Shown: one piece after another, positions 26,644 to 42,077 of the stretch
Position numbering within the stretch: position 1 is the first letter of the stretch
Layout of the letters: each line of letters opens with the position of its first letter
Source: Chrysomallon squamiferum
Lineage: Eukaryota > Animalia > Mollusca
Assembly: GCA_012295275.1 (NCBI GenBank)
Contig: CM022679.1
Location: 30,008,001-30,072,000, forward strand
Reading direction: 5' to 3'
DNA: 64,000 nt
Made by a program: the position numbers and the translations under genes
Notes under the pieces: generated by a model
What the model saw: the letters and a program-made list of their open reading frames with translations, nothing else
Told to the model about the DNA's origin: nothing
The model's database searches: none

Positions 26644-27539
26644 TGTATGTATGTATGTATGTATGTATGCATGCATGTATGTATTTGTATGTCCGAATGT
26701 GATTGTTTGGGTGTTTCGGTGGGTTTTCTTGTATATGTTAATGTGTATGATGTTTGTTGTGTATATCTATATATATATCTACTAAAGTGAAAGACCGCGT
26801 ATGTGAGAGATGATGAATTAAATCATTACTTTTTCATAAACATCAAATCCGATCCTTCTCTTACCAACAGTATCATCATCATCATCATCATCAATCACAA
26901 TAACGTTCCTATCAAGAATACTCAGCGAACACGAAAACGAACGTTCTGTAAAATCGTTTTATTTGTTTGTTTCTGATTTTCACGGATGTTTTGCTATCTG
27001 AGGCTGACATTAAGATGTTTGTTTGCGAAACCTTTAGCTGTCTGACACAAACGAGTGAGTTGTGTATTTTTCTAGCCTGTCTGCAGAACATGGCCATACT
27101 GCTGAGAGTGCAGCAACAAGCCGGCATTGCACGTTTTCACTGATTCATTCAGCAAACCGTGATGGTTATAACATTTAACGTTTACAACTCGCAGCTTCCA
27201 GGATCGCTTCTTGTCAGCGTCATTAAGCAATACATTACATCATTATATCTACTATTTGTTCCGTTTGTTTGTTTGTTATATATTTTATTATTATTATTAT
27301 TATTACTACTATTATTATTATTTTTTATTATTATTGTTGTTGTTGTTGTTGTTATTATTATTTATCTCACTAATCTTTAACAAACTGTAATCTGTTGGTA
27401 TAGTATTCCTATGAATATAACGGGCCCCAAGATCAAATCCCATCCTATGACATATTCGACTAATTGATGTTTCATTCTGTTCCCTCTGAATATTAATGAG
27501 AGATTATTAAAAAAATAAAAATAAAAAAAAAATAAAAAA

Positions 27540-27571
<32 letters not shown>

Positions 27572-30500
27572 AATAATTAAGAAAGAAAGAAAGAAAGAAA
27601 GAAAAAAAAACAATTAAAAAAAAAAAAAAAAAAAAACGAAGTAATTTTATATGTTGTTACTATTTTCGAGAGTCAAATAAAACATTCTCTTTCATTTTTC
27701 TCTGCATCTTTCTTTTTTTTTTTTTTTTTCTTTGATGTGGATGTTCCATACACTTGTAAGTTACTTAACACATATCCGCAGTCAAACATAAATATTTTCC
27801 TAAGCGTTTTACTCTCTCTCCCTCTGTGTACAGAGACGAAATGAAGAAAAACTCAGCTGTTTATTTTCTTCATCATTCTGCAACCTTTGGTGTTCGTTAT
27901 CGCTTTGAAATGATTTTACACGTTGAAACAGGAAACGACGTCATGCGCTGATTTCTTCTCAGATTGTGATTACTTTTCTACTTTCTTCCAATGTAGATGT
28001 AATACCTAGTGTCAGAACTGTTTAAAAGCTCGGAAATTAATTAACTTAGCGTTGCATGTCGGTATTTCTTAAACAGCAGAAGATGCCAGATTTTTGCCGA
28101 ACGAACCAGTTATAAATACTTTTAAAAAAAAAAAAAAATACATGATTTTTTTTTTTTTTAAATAGCATGTTAGATATAATAGTGTTAAATGAAGAAGAAT
28201 AAAAAGAAGAAGAAGAAGAAGAAGATGAAGAAAAAGATGATAAAAATGATGATTATTATTATGATGATGATTGTTTTGATGAAGTACATAGAAAACAAAA
28301 GAAATGAAAATGCAAAACAAAACAGTAATTTCGTTTTAAATCTATTAACAATAAATTTAGATTTACCGTTAAGAAAAATAATAAGGTGTTTAACATCTTA
28401 AGACATTTAGAATTAGCTGTTAATATTCGTGATATTTAATATATTTTTGTTTTGATGATGACGGAAATTGTCGCTATGCCTCTAGTGTTGTTTGCCAGTA
28501 AATTGTCGTTTATATGCACCTAACCTTACTTTGAAAGCAGAAACATATGTAGAGCAGGGCTTAGAATGGGAAATACTGCAATTAGTGGACGGAGAATAAT
28601 GGTGCCTTGGTTAATGAATGAGATGTAACAGACATAATTATGAGAAAGAAAAACTGCTAATATGTTTGTGACAGTAGAGACCGTGTCATTGACACGCGAG
28701 GTCAAATGTTAAAACTGAAACACGAAGATGAATGATCATTTATATCAGATCTATAATTATACTTATAACTGGACGTACTTATCTTCGGAGTGTGCAGTAC
28801 GTTTGGTTATTAAAGCCATTCAGTGAAATCGTCTTTTATATTATTTTTGACAGCATAACTACTGAATATAGCACTACTGTGTTATAAGTGGAAACGTAGG
28901 GTGTGATATATCTACAACATCGGCATTTTATCTGAGTTAATGTACAAACACATTAACCTACTTCAGGTCTACGATACATCCTAGACTCTCCGGATTTCGC
29001 TGACGTAAATAACAACAGAAGGGAAGGCAGTTTTACAAGCTGTGATCTATGATGCTAAATACACTTTGTATCCTGGATTCCTTGGGATTTTTGCTGACAT
29101 TAATAACAGCATCTAATTCAAACGAATTCACAGTCTCTGGTGTTTCAAAGTTTAGTTATATCCTAAATTCTTTTTATATTGCCAGTAATAACGAAATACC
29201 AGCAGTTGTAGAACGCGCACAAAGACAACTGATCCCCTGACCCATGATTCTTCAAGAAAGAGAATGTTTAGAACATCAACAGCAATTAATAGTTGTCTCA
29301 CATGGCAACATGATCTTCCAACCTAACAACACATTTAAATCCGTTTACTCTTCAAATTTCGCAGACGTCAAACCGGTTAAAAGAAGTCTGACAAAGCGAT
29401 TTAATTCCTAGGCCTGCAAACGTAACAGAAATTTATGTTTTCTTTAGATATTTTGGACCTACATTTTCGGGGCCCCGAATCTTGAACAATTATGGAAGCC
29501 TTTTACAAGCAGCAAGGAGTTGACAGTTAACTACTGTCATCATTTTCTATGACAATTTTCCATGACAGTTTTAAACACTTAGACAGGTTTCAGGTACTGA
29601 TAATTTTATTTTTTTAATAGAAATGTAGACTAAAGTCAGTCTATCTGGGATTAAGGGCCATGAATGCTTGATCTTCGTTAGTTTCATAACACACCCGTCC
29701 CTTCCGAAAAAAACAAAAATATTAAACTATGTCCGTCAAGGTGATTTGATCTGTTATACTTGAGGTGCGGGCTGGGGTCTGCCTGAGAGCAGCCATCTTG
29801 TAGACGTTATCTTTACGAGTATGACCTGACCATATGCCACCAATTAGACCGGGAGATAAACAGAACGCCACGAATTCTCGTTTGCGTAAAACACAACCAG
29901 GGCTACTCGGGCGATTATCGTTTTAGTGCGCATTATCGCAAATACTTGAGAGTGCGTTTTTAAAGCTTCTCAGTCCAGATATTGCCTTTTATCAGCTGAC
30001 GTTACCAACAAACAGCATTGTCAGCTTTATCATTGTTTCAACAAGATGTGTGATGCTGAAAAAACAAAAACTAAAGGTCGTGTAAAAAAATAAAACAGAT
30101 CTGTTTTTTCTACTTCTGATAAAAAAAAAAAAAAAAAAGCCACCCAAGTGGGTGATGTTAGTGGTGCAGGTGTTGAGATGAGGTGGTAGGCGTTGTGGTT
30201 GTGATAGCTGTGGTTGTGATAGCTGTGGTTATGGTGTTGATGATGAAATGAATTTAACAGCAAATCATTTTAATATAGTAAGAAAATAATTGGCGATGAA
30301 AAAGAAAATAAGGAATATAAGGAGACAGTCTAAGAATAAGATTTAAGTTTAAATATGAAATCCATTTATATTTCATATGGAGCTTATAACCTTTAGTCTA
30401 TAGATATATTTTTCTATAATACATTTTTATATATATATATACCTTTCTGCACGAACTAAAATTCGAGTATGCAAACCTTACGAAACACGTTAGACATCAT

Positions 30501-31457
30501 TATTTCATCTGCTACAAAAAGGTTTCAGATTTTGGAAATTCGTGAAAGCCACCTTCAACTTGTAATTGGTTTTGTATCAGATAAAATTTATACTACTCTC
30601 ACTGTGAGTTCTTTAATTTCGTTTTATTTTTTTTTTTTTTCTGTTTCATTTCTTGACTACCAAAATAAATAAATAAATAAATAAAAGAGAATAAACGAGA
30701 ATAGAAATGAAAATCCAAAGTTCGAGAAGGACTTTTGATAACAAAGTTCACGTCTAAGTATAGTTTTCCACAATCGCTTTGAACACACATCACAAACGCA
30801 CCAGCCTCAGTTAAGAAATTTACTGTTAGCAAAAACTGTTTTGGCAGTTGTTTATAATGTTCCTGTGCGTATCACCGGCATTATAAAAACATCTGTTAGA
30901 TATCTCTGTGTATTACACTGGCCAGTGTGAAACGCAAGACGTGGAAAAACAATGTTCTAGACACTAACACATTGTAGATGATCGTTTGGCAGCTGCGGAT
31001 CTCGGTAACACACACACACACGTCACGTTACTACTGCGCCTGAGGGTGAAATGGCGGTTGGTACGAAATGCTCAACAGTTCAGAACGTCGCCAGTGCACG
31101 CAAAACTCTGAACTTTTTATTACCACGTTGAGTTTTAAATGGGGGCTTAAGTTAAAGGTAATGTTATCGTAAAAGCTTTTCAGCATGATATATGTTTTTT
31201 TGTGTGGTTTTTTTGCAGAGCTTATGCAAAGTCATTACCAAATGATAAAATACAGACAAAAATATAATTTTAAGTTAAATAAACATAAAAAGGAGTCTGT
31301 CGTAAAAGTAAACGATAGTGTGCCCACATGTAAAAAAAAATCCACTGTTAGAGATAATGGAGCTTTAAGATAAATCTGATGAGTGCATATAATTTATATT
31401 ATTAAGTGGTTTGCATTGTGCACCCAGTCACAGATCATACATCAAGAGAAAGTCAGA

Positions 31458-31569
<112 letters not shown>

Positions 31570-34334
31570 CACAACCGAATACACATGACAGAAGGATTGA
31601 TACAGTTTGAAATCGTCTTCTGTCATGTGAGAATGCAACTCACTGTTCAAATTGTTGCTATAGATTTCTTACTGAATATCTAACACAGACGTAACACAAC
31701 TCGGACCGGTTCCTGATGTTTTTTATTTCTATATTAAAAACAGAACAAAAATACTGACACCCTGCATTTGTAATAACGTAGGGTTCGCTGGAGGAAAGTG
31801 ATGGAACGGTTTTACGTAAGCAGGATTAAGAAGGGGATTTAACAGATGATATTTGTACATGACGATGATCAAAGAGGTGAGAGGATATGACAAGATGGCT
31901 TTCTCTGTTGATAATCAGTATACAAAAAAAAGAAAAGAAAAAAAGTTGGAGCCAAAGACGAAACGCCCAAACAACAAACATTGTTATCCGATAACAGGTT
32001 TAATATACTCCTGAGTATTTCCATACAAATACCTCTGTAATCAGTTTATAGCAAGATTGCATTATTTGAATTATCTGCGATAACGATTAATAGATGTCAA
32101 GTCATTTTAGTACTACTAGTTTGGAATGGGAAATAGAACAGTGCGAGCCAAAAAAAACCCCAAAAAAACTGAGTTGTGATAAATCGTTCTTTAGGGGCAA
32201 GCTCTCTCAAGGAAGCTAAATGGTACTTTAATATATTATTTCTGTGACTGTAAAATGTAATGACGACTAAATACAAATGAATATCAGGTAATAATCCTAT
32301 AATCTTAACAGAGAATCCGTTTACTATTTTATAACATGTAGTACTGACAGTGAATGTGTGAACACGTGTTAAAATTCTATTCCTACATACTAACCAGTGC
32401 AGCGAACACATTTTAATACACATGAATACAGAGATACGAAAACGACACAGAAAGACGGTATTTCCGCATTCGTTTTCTGTATCTGTTACATTAGATAGCT
32501 TCTGCTATCCATTATAACGTAACAGCAGTGCTGAGAGTGTCTCAGCTGACAGTGAATTAATGTCTGACAAGTCATGAGTCACACGATACCGCACGTTTCA
32601 AGCAAAACGCACGCTTTGCCGCATACACACGTTCTTCTGTAGCGTTCAGTTTCTCTCATATCTTAACAGCGGGTCTGTTAAAACCTCCTAAATCTTAGCC
32701 AGGGCATGCTATACAGTTGTGTAGCTATCGCAGAATGAATGCAAAAACCGCAACACTTCTTCAGCTTCGCCGATACGACTATATGAGATTACTGTGCGTT
32801 CAGCAACGATTCTGTAACGTCCTATATGTAAAATAATAGTTTGTTTTCAGCTGACATAAATATTTCACGTGGTGTACATACATATACTCATATATCACAC
32901 TGCATTTGACGTAGAAAAGATATAATAAATATTTTTTAAAACAATCCCTCCTAGATGTTGCCTGTTCATGTTTTACAACTGCATACCGCGTTACTGATAT
33001 ATCGCAATTACTAAACTTCCAAGTTAAGAAAAGGAATGTACGGTCAAAGTATTCAGTACCTCATAAAATCTTTAAAAATTCGACTGATAACCACACCACA
33101 TTTCACACCTTATGTATTCACCCTGCAGTAACATGAACTATTTTTGTAGCTTGCTGTGAGGGCAAAGGAAACGTATGGACAAACTATAAAACTTGATAAA
33201 TCTTATCTACCGCGATTAATATATATGGTATAATGTAATATAGAGTGTTACCAAAAAACATATACGATCACACTGGGATATCTAAATCTAACATTACGAT
33301 TAACGTAGATATGCAGTTACGTGCTGTGATGGAACAGAACGTAAATAGACAAAGAAGATACATACATGTAGCAGCACATAAGAATATTTGGTATACACAG
33401 AATGCACAGCCCACCAAATACTCACTGCACTAACATGTTTTGGTAAACAACGCATACTTAAATAATATATATATATATATACATACATACATATAAACAT
33501 ACCTACCTACCTATATATATATACAAACACACACACACTCACTCACACACATACTTATAATTGTATATACATACATTTATTATACATACATACATACATA
33601 CATACATACACACATACATACATACATATGCATAATAATACTGATATGTGTCTGGTGTGTGTTAAAACTATAATTATACAATGGTTTCCAGAAATCTGCA
33701 TTCCCATATCAGAAGAATACATCCAAAGTTGTAACCAGTGCTACTGACACTTGCGTTACCTATTTGCACTTACCATAGCAACGAGTAAGCGCTGTATTGG
33801 TGAGTGTATGAGGAGGAAGGACTCTTTAGGCAAATATTTTTGTTTGTGTTTCAGACAATGCTGAAACGTGTACACAGTGTTTCTAAGTGCACGTGCTGCA
33901 CGAACATGCAGGTTCTGCACTAGGTTCATCCTACAACAACGTGAAATGGTGACAAAGATAAAGAGGCAATGAACGTTCTCACAAATCAGTCGCTTGTTAT
34001 CAGGGCTGGAAGCCTTCCATGGAATTTGTTTTTCTTTTCCTCGTTTTGTCTGAGGAAGAAAACAAAATTAAAAAAATGGTGGTTTCTTCGGAGTTTACTC
34101 CGAGAACTTAGATAAAAGTTTTGTGCGATGAGAACATGTTTGTTTAATTTTCCAGTGCGGGTATCGATGACAGGAATCTGGAACTTCTCGTATACTAATC
34201 GTTAGCGGAGAACAAGAAGTTTTATTAAATGACTTTTTGAGGGATTGGTCTGTTTTGAATGTGCTGCTTTCGAGTGATAAGTGAAATATAGTCCACTGTT
34301 AGTGTATGACTGTGTGTTTGTGTGTGTATATGTC

Positions 34335-34366
<32 letters not shown>

Positions 34367-34787
34367 AGACAGAGAGAGAGAGAATGGAGAGAGATAGAGT
34401 AGAAGGAATGAAGGAGGAAGAGGGAAACAGAAGTCAGATGCATGCATTTCAAGTGTATATATGTGTTTTGTTGTGTGTGTGTATATATATATCTGTATCT
34501 GTGTGTGTTAGTATTTGCACTCAGTATTAAATGGATAATAGAACAAATCTAGATGAAAATGACAAACTTGCAAAATAAAAACAAGAGGAATACAGAAGCA
34601 GACAAATTTAACAAAATACTTAAAATATTGCATCAGACAAGAGAAAAAAGAAGAAAAACATTAGCCCAGTTACCTTGCCCGATATAACACCGTCTGTCAG
34701 ACCGGTGATTTATTAGCTTCTGTTCATCGTGAAAATTATGGACCTTTCAAACGCCTTAGTTATTTTATTTTCATTTTTCCCCCTCTC

Positions 34788-34852
<65 letters not shown>

Positions 34853-35952
34853 TAATTAATTAATTGACACATGTTCATAAGGATAATTGTTTTCATTGAC
34901 AGCTTTTTGTTTTTAATTATTCGATTTGAGTTTTCATAAAAATTATTATCATTACAGCTAGACGTACTATTAGTGTTACTACAACTACTACTACTGTTAT
35001 TACTACTACAACTATTATTATTATTATTTTTATTATTACTATTATTATTATTATTATTATTATAATTTGTGTACGACAATTAATACCACTACTACTAGTT
35101 ACTACCACTACTATTATTACTATGAACACTGCTGCTGCTTCTGCTACTACTACTACTACCACATCTATTACTACTACCACTGTTACAGCTGCTGCTGCTA
35201 TCACTTCTGTTTACTGGGTGTTTATAATCATTAGTGACTATACCACTGATAGTTTTATTACTGATGATGTCATTGTTAATGTTGACGCCGACACTGATGA
35301 TGTTATTATTTCTGCTGTTATCTTTAATGTTGACAACGACTTTGATAAAACCGTTGCGCCATATCAGATTTGTCAGATGTACTAACAATATGACAGACAA
35401 GCACGAGTTCAAACGATATTAAGTCCTTTCCAAAATAAACCCCACCTCAACACGATCACTTCTACACCAAGATAAACGGGTGGAAGGTGAAGAATTTAAT
35501 CTAGTAATTATTCAGGTAATTGAAAGTGTTAGACGTATGAATGTTTACATTGTTCACGTCTCTAAGGTGCCCTAAACAACGTCCTTGAAATCGGTTAAGG
35601 ACAAATTAAAAAATAATGACGTTAAGAGTGCTTGTCTATCTTGCATAAGTAAATACAGGTTCTAAAATAGCCTTAAAGTGTTCCTTTGGATGTGAGAATA
35701 AATGGCGTAACTGTACTTATTGAACTTTCACGTTGTTGTTTTAGTTAACTAGTCATACTTAAATACATATATACAATGATACGTAAATACAAACCTACAT
35801 AGATCACGTGCATACATAAGTATAAAATATTATGTACATATTCACATACATACATGCAATCATAACACTATAACAATACATACATACATACATACATATA
35901 CCATACATACATACATAGAAACATACATACATACATGCATACCCACTCACAT

Positions 35953-35985
<33 letters not shown>

Positions 35986-36688
35986 CCTATATGATAAACT
36001 GATTCGTGCGCGTGCTTATATCAATTCATGACAAAAAATAATAATTTAAAAATCTGGTTATTATAAACAGGGAGATCTAAATCACCAGCGGATCCCGCCC
36101 CTGTTTGCCAGATCACCAGCTTCGACTTGTAAAACATCGTAAGTGTTGTCTCTCCGTTGTTTGACTTGAGTTTTACGATCCGTTGGTTCCAGTACGTATC
36201 AATCTGCCGCTCTTTATCACAGCAATTCCGTGAGAGCGAAATGTCCACACGAAAAGCCGAGTGTTATGACGTGTTTGTTTACCAGTAAATAAACCCCTGT
36301 GTGCCAACAACAGATAAAACACAGATTCCATTATCTACCAAGGGTTAATCCGGCAAAATATTCGTCTTACGGTAGAACGAGAGTAACGTACTAGTTAAAC
36401 CCTACGAGTGTCATGAACTAACTTGGTTGACTTTTGACGTAGTTTCGTAATCTTTTTCCTGCTGTTTATCTTGACGTTTTCCGTTAAACTGATAAATCGT
36501 GTAGTGTTTTTTTTTCCGTAAACATTTGTTGATTTTCCAGTGTGAAGGGTACAGTTTGAAAAAAATGTAAATTACTTCTTGAAAAAAATTATTCTTGAAA
36601 CGAAAGAATCTTCTGGTTCAAGTTCGGTTAAGTAAAGTCATAACGAACGATTAAACGTAGTATTAGACAACACATACATAGATAGATA

Positions 36689-37953
36689 CAGTGGACTCTG
36701 CCAAACCCAGATTCATTTGGGACCAAAGAAGTTTGCAGTTTTAGACAAAGTGTCGGTTTATAATGATGAAAATGACATGAAAAAGATTTTATTTGTTTTT
36801 TCATTTTCAGAACATCAGTGTACGAAAGTTCGGTCCTTCGATGGTTGCATATATCGTCAATCCATTACGATTTTTTTAATGTTTCTGTCGTTACTCTCTG
36901 CTGAAACGTTGTTTTCCAACAACTGCCGTTAATGGTCACTACTTTGCAAATATCAAATGCATAGCCAAGGTTCACGGGGGTGAAGGGGTCAACAAGGACG
37001 AAATGCTCGCCGTATTTTTAACGCAAAGTTTGTATCCAAAACGCACTGTTTTACTGCTGTGCTTAGAGTTTGACAATAAACACATGTCTTTTAAACTTAT
37101 ATTAAATTAAATTTAATTGAGAATTACTTGTACAGTGAAAGATTACAATTAACAAACCAACGTGACTCGTGAAAGTAATCGTAAACAATCATAAGAATAA
37201 AAGTTTTGTTAAACAATTTGATCACTTATGGCATTGATCTGTATGAAATATTTGTTAAAGGCCCTGTTCTGTTAGACGTGACTTCTCCCTAATTTTCTAG
37301 CCTAGCGTAAACCTGCAGAGCTAAACGTTTCTGTTTACATATGACGAAAACTCTTCTCTTAATTTTGCTTTAGAAAATTCGATCGTTACAGTTTTTTAGG
37401 TCGCTCTGCCATCAAGATTAATTCAATAAGACAAGTGCAAAATGTCGGCCATACCTATTTATGAAGACTTCTGCTGTTGACGATAAATCTAAATGACTGG
37501 ATTCACTTAGATACCAACACACACTAATAATAATCTTGTTCATCTAGCTGCATATAGGAATTACAAGAAGCATGGCAGCATTGTTTATTAAGCTTTCAAA
37601 GAAGCGCAATCATTTCATATCTCGCGGTAGCCTAATTACGTGTCGCTATTGCTTAAGAAACTGGGTGCCTTGTTGACGTGATTAATTACTATGCAGCTTG
37701 TTGTTGTTGTTTTTTATTCTGGAATTAACACCCGAAGTTAACAATGACAAGGACTTCATTATGATAAACTGTAGGGTTACAGTGCAGAGAAGAATGCAGT
37801 ACAGGTACATGATAAACAAATTAAAATGAACACCCGGATTAGACACGGTTTTGTTAATGACAGATTAACGATCGTTTGGACGGGACTTTGAAATTGTGAC
37901 AGTTTGCACATAAAACCGGATTAGTCAAAAGCCGGTTTTCACAGAGTACATTG
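36689..37953. mobile_element. Degenerate non-autonomous TIR DNA transposon (Tc1/mariner/pogo-like MITE)
   Basis: Left end ta|cagtggactctgccaaacc; right end ggttttcacagagtacattg|ca, approximately its reverse complement. CAGTG terminus with TA target. Similar subterminal gggac...cagttt...cgg(t/a)tta blocks near both ends. No transposase ORF. Confidence 0.5.
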
Positions 37954-37979
37954 CATGTATGAATATACATGTATATACA

Positions 37980-38060
<81 letters not shown>

Positions 38061-38229
38061 ATATGTATAGACGAATACATACCTACATTTATAGACGAAT
38101 ATATACCTACACTTCAGTACATATTAATACAAAGATACATGCTCACATTTGTAAACATAGCCATATATAAAGAAAAAAGACAAAAACAACATTTTTATTC
38201 ATTAGTTAATTCTTACGCTCATTTACGAG

Positions 38230-38284
<55 letters not shown>

Positions 38285-38510
38285 CAACAATAATAATAAA
38301 AAAGCCCGCATGATATTGCAATAAACTGGCACTAGATTACCTGTAAAATTTAGTAAGCGTGTAAAACATTACTCTGAAATAAAGTTTATCATTTGTGAGA
38401 GAGAAAAAACAAAGCCACCTAAACACGGTTCACACTTAGCGATTAACAGCGAGAGATCTTTTACACGCACAGTCTTTCTTTTGACAGCAAAGTGCTTAAA
38501 ACTGTCCTTC

Positions 38511-38618
<108 letters not shown>

Positions 38619-40038
38619 GAGAGAGAGAGAGAGAGAGATGACCAAACGAAGACACATCGCGCCTTGAAGGGAGTATTCAAACAGCTCAGCGACTCACAAT
38701 AACGAAACGTTACACGAAGAAAGGTAATTTCGCCTGCAGCGTTAAGGAAGTGACCCAAAAACAAGACTGATGTGATGTCTACCTGACAGGTGTGTACACC
38801 TGTAAACAAATAAATTGTACTTTTGTGGTCACTCGTTTTGCCGCAAAGTAGAGAATAATTACGGTTAATGCCGCGAACGTGGCTTTTATAGATAAAAAAC
38901 AAAAAAATGTGTCCATTTTTTTATTGTAATATTTGGCCTTAAAAATAGCTCAGCATGACATTTAGTTATTTATTTATTTAACCATTTATTTATTTATTTA
39001 ATCATTTATTTATTTGTTTATTTATTTATTTAATTATTTATTTAATCATTTATTTATTGATATATTTAATCATTTATTTATTTATTTATTTATTTAATAC
39101 TTAATTTTTGTCCTTTTTTTCTTGTTTTCTTTAGATATCATTTATTTATTAATTCATGCCTTCATTTAATTATTTATTTATTTATTTATTTATTTCCTTG
39201 TCATTATGTTGGTTAGTTTATTTATTTATTTCTATGAAGCCAAGAATATTTACCATTCCTGCCATACTAAATGTTCTGGATTGGTATTTTCAAAGTCCAC
39301 GTAAAGAACGCTGGTCTACAAGTCTGAAACATCATCTGAAATTATGCACCACAACGTCAGCTATACCAACAGAAAACAGTGCCAAGGACCACCATCAAGA
39401 TTCGATCCTCGATCGCAAACACTTCATACGAACTCTTAGAAATAGTTTATCTCTTGCTGAGGTTTTTTTAATTTTAACTCGAATGAAGATACACAGGCCC
39501 ACTGTATAAAATCACAAAACTTGTAAACATGTTCGTGTCTAAAGGCTAACTCTATTAATGTTTATTTTTTTTTATATAAAATATTTCGTGATAAATTATT
39601 CGGGTCTAATAAAACGTGATTCTGGCTTGTTTGGTTTACGTGTTATGTAGAAACATGCGTCCGTGTTACAGTTCTGACCCAGATCTGTCATTTTGAAAGA
39701 TCCGCACGTTCCTTACGTCAATCGTAAAACGTCTTAAGAAGCGATGATTTCGTACGTACACAATTATGTGAGATATTCGGATATTAGGACAGCACCCTAT
39801 AAAGACATATGCACCGCATCTACCACACATGCAAACCACATGTAAACATTCACAAATTTATCTGCAATAATACTTGCACATGTGCATTTAGACACATAAC
39901 CACACATACAGATCAGACAGGCGCAAAAACGCATAAATACGCACACAAAAATGCATACACGTCATACATACATGACGTGCATATATAATTTTTTTCAGTC
40001 GATTTTCTATCGAACAGACATTCATTATTATTATTTAC

Positions 40039-40090
<52 letters not shown>

Positions 40091-40401
40091 TACATGTATA
40101 TATCTATCTATCTATCTATCTATATATATAGTGTAAAAATAAAAAGACATTAAGTGTGTATCTCAGATCTGTGTTAACAGCAGACTTGATTAATCGTTTC
40201 TGTATTTAACTTAATTATTTTCTCTGTTTTTACGGCGACCTGCGCGTTTTCTCATGATGCCTCATTCAAGTAATTTTTATGTGGACCAGGAAATTGTAAA
40301 CACGACTTTTACGACGCGTAAAGAAGTCGTCTTTGTTAGGAGATTTCACAGCCATGTAACAAGTGACATTTTTTCTCCTTTTTTCTTTTTTCTTTCTTTT
40401 T

Positions 40402-40460
<59 letters not shown>

Positions 40461-40869
40461 GTTGTTATTGTTGTTGTTGTTATTGTTGTTCTCATTTTTT
40501 ATTTATTTATTTATTTTACGTTTTTTATTATTTTAATACATTTTCCCTATACTCTGTCGACTCGATGATACATTGTTTAAAGCAAATACGCGGTGAATGC
40601 CATAATTATACTCAAATATATTTTTTTTCTTCTTGTGTGTAATAATGTATTTAGAAGTGGCTCTTGTCGTTGTGTTTGATTAAAGTTGTCTATGGTGTTG
40701 TGATTATGCGGTGAAAATGCTTGAGTAGGCTTAGAAGTAGGAAATAGTTTCTTAGTAGCTATTTATTTTATTTTATTTGCTTGCTTTTTTATTTATTTAT
40801 TTTTTTTTTTTTACATAATATTTGTATATAATTATACTGCATGATATGACCAAATATGTGCATATGTGC

Positions 40870-40985
<116 letters not shown>

Positions 40986-41600
40986 ATATGTATATTATTC
41001 TATTTAAAACACCTGTGACTATATAAACGAATCTCTCATTATAATTAACATGTATACTTTCAAGTGATTGTTTTACTTATTATTAGCGATTAATCTTTAC
41101 TAACAATAAAGTTTGCTAATAATCAAACAACTACGAGAGATTTATAAAGGCTAAACTCTGTGTGTTTTATTTCGAGCGTTCAAGTACGAAGCATAACGAC
41201 AAGATGGCATCAGTCAAACAGATCTGCTGTTACAAAATACAATTGAAAATCTCTCTAAGACGCATAAAACCACAGTTAGATAAACTGTCTGTGAAAAAAA
41301 GAGAACAGTGTTTTTCTTAAACCGAAGCTGTTGTACCAAATCGTTCGTTCAAAGCCAAGCTAATTTTAGAAGCTTGCCAAAACGGTAGAAACATTCGAAG
41401 GAGTAACGTTACATAAAAAAACAAATGTGATATTTTCTGAAATGTCAGAAAGCTTTTTATTTGCATCTATTTTTGTTACTGTTTTTTAAAACACAGTCTT
41501 GATATGTATTTTTAACCTGTTTGTTTCTGTTAGAGAAGTATTTTAAGTTTTTCTATTTATCTCGCTTTCACTCTTTTTGTCTCACATTGTTTTTCCCAGT

Positions 41601-41683
<83 letters not shown>

Positions 41684-42034
41684 GTCTGTCTATTTCATTC
41701 TCCCTATTTTACACGTGTTGTTTTATTGTTGTTTCTTATTTGTTTTTAATCTCTCCGCTTTTCTCGTTCGTGTACCCTTCCCTTAATCTTGTTTTGACAC
41801 AAGCTCTGGAATAAAAACAAATTGCTATTCATCTGTGCGACATATCAGCGAGAAACGTCTAACACTAATCACTGATACTCAAACCGAGGAATCTTCCTGT
41901 TTGTAATCTGCTGTCAGGTTTAGTATTCACTAACCATCAACACTTATTTATTATTGTTTGTACAGACTCGACAAGCGACTTTGCCGCACTTCGCGATGAA
42001 CCGCACGGCCTGGCTTGTAAGTCTGCTGTAACTA

Positions 42035-42077
42035 CCGAAATATCCATTATCTTTGTTTGAATAATATTTAGATGGTT
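42035..42077 (+). repeat. 43 bp exact dispersed direct repeat, copy A
   Basis: ccgaaatatccattatctttgtttgaataatatttagatggtt, identical to 50866-50908. Confidence 0.92.

Noticed and set aside
39156-39509. 117-aa ORF as a possible extra PKG exon or retroelement fragment
   Set aside because: It has no recognisable motif and no convincing splice pair, and it begins in a (TATT)n repeat.
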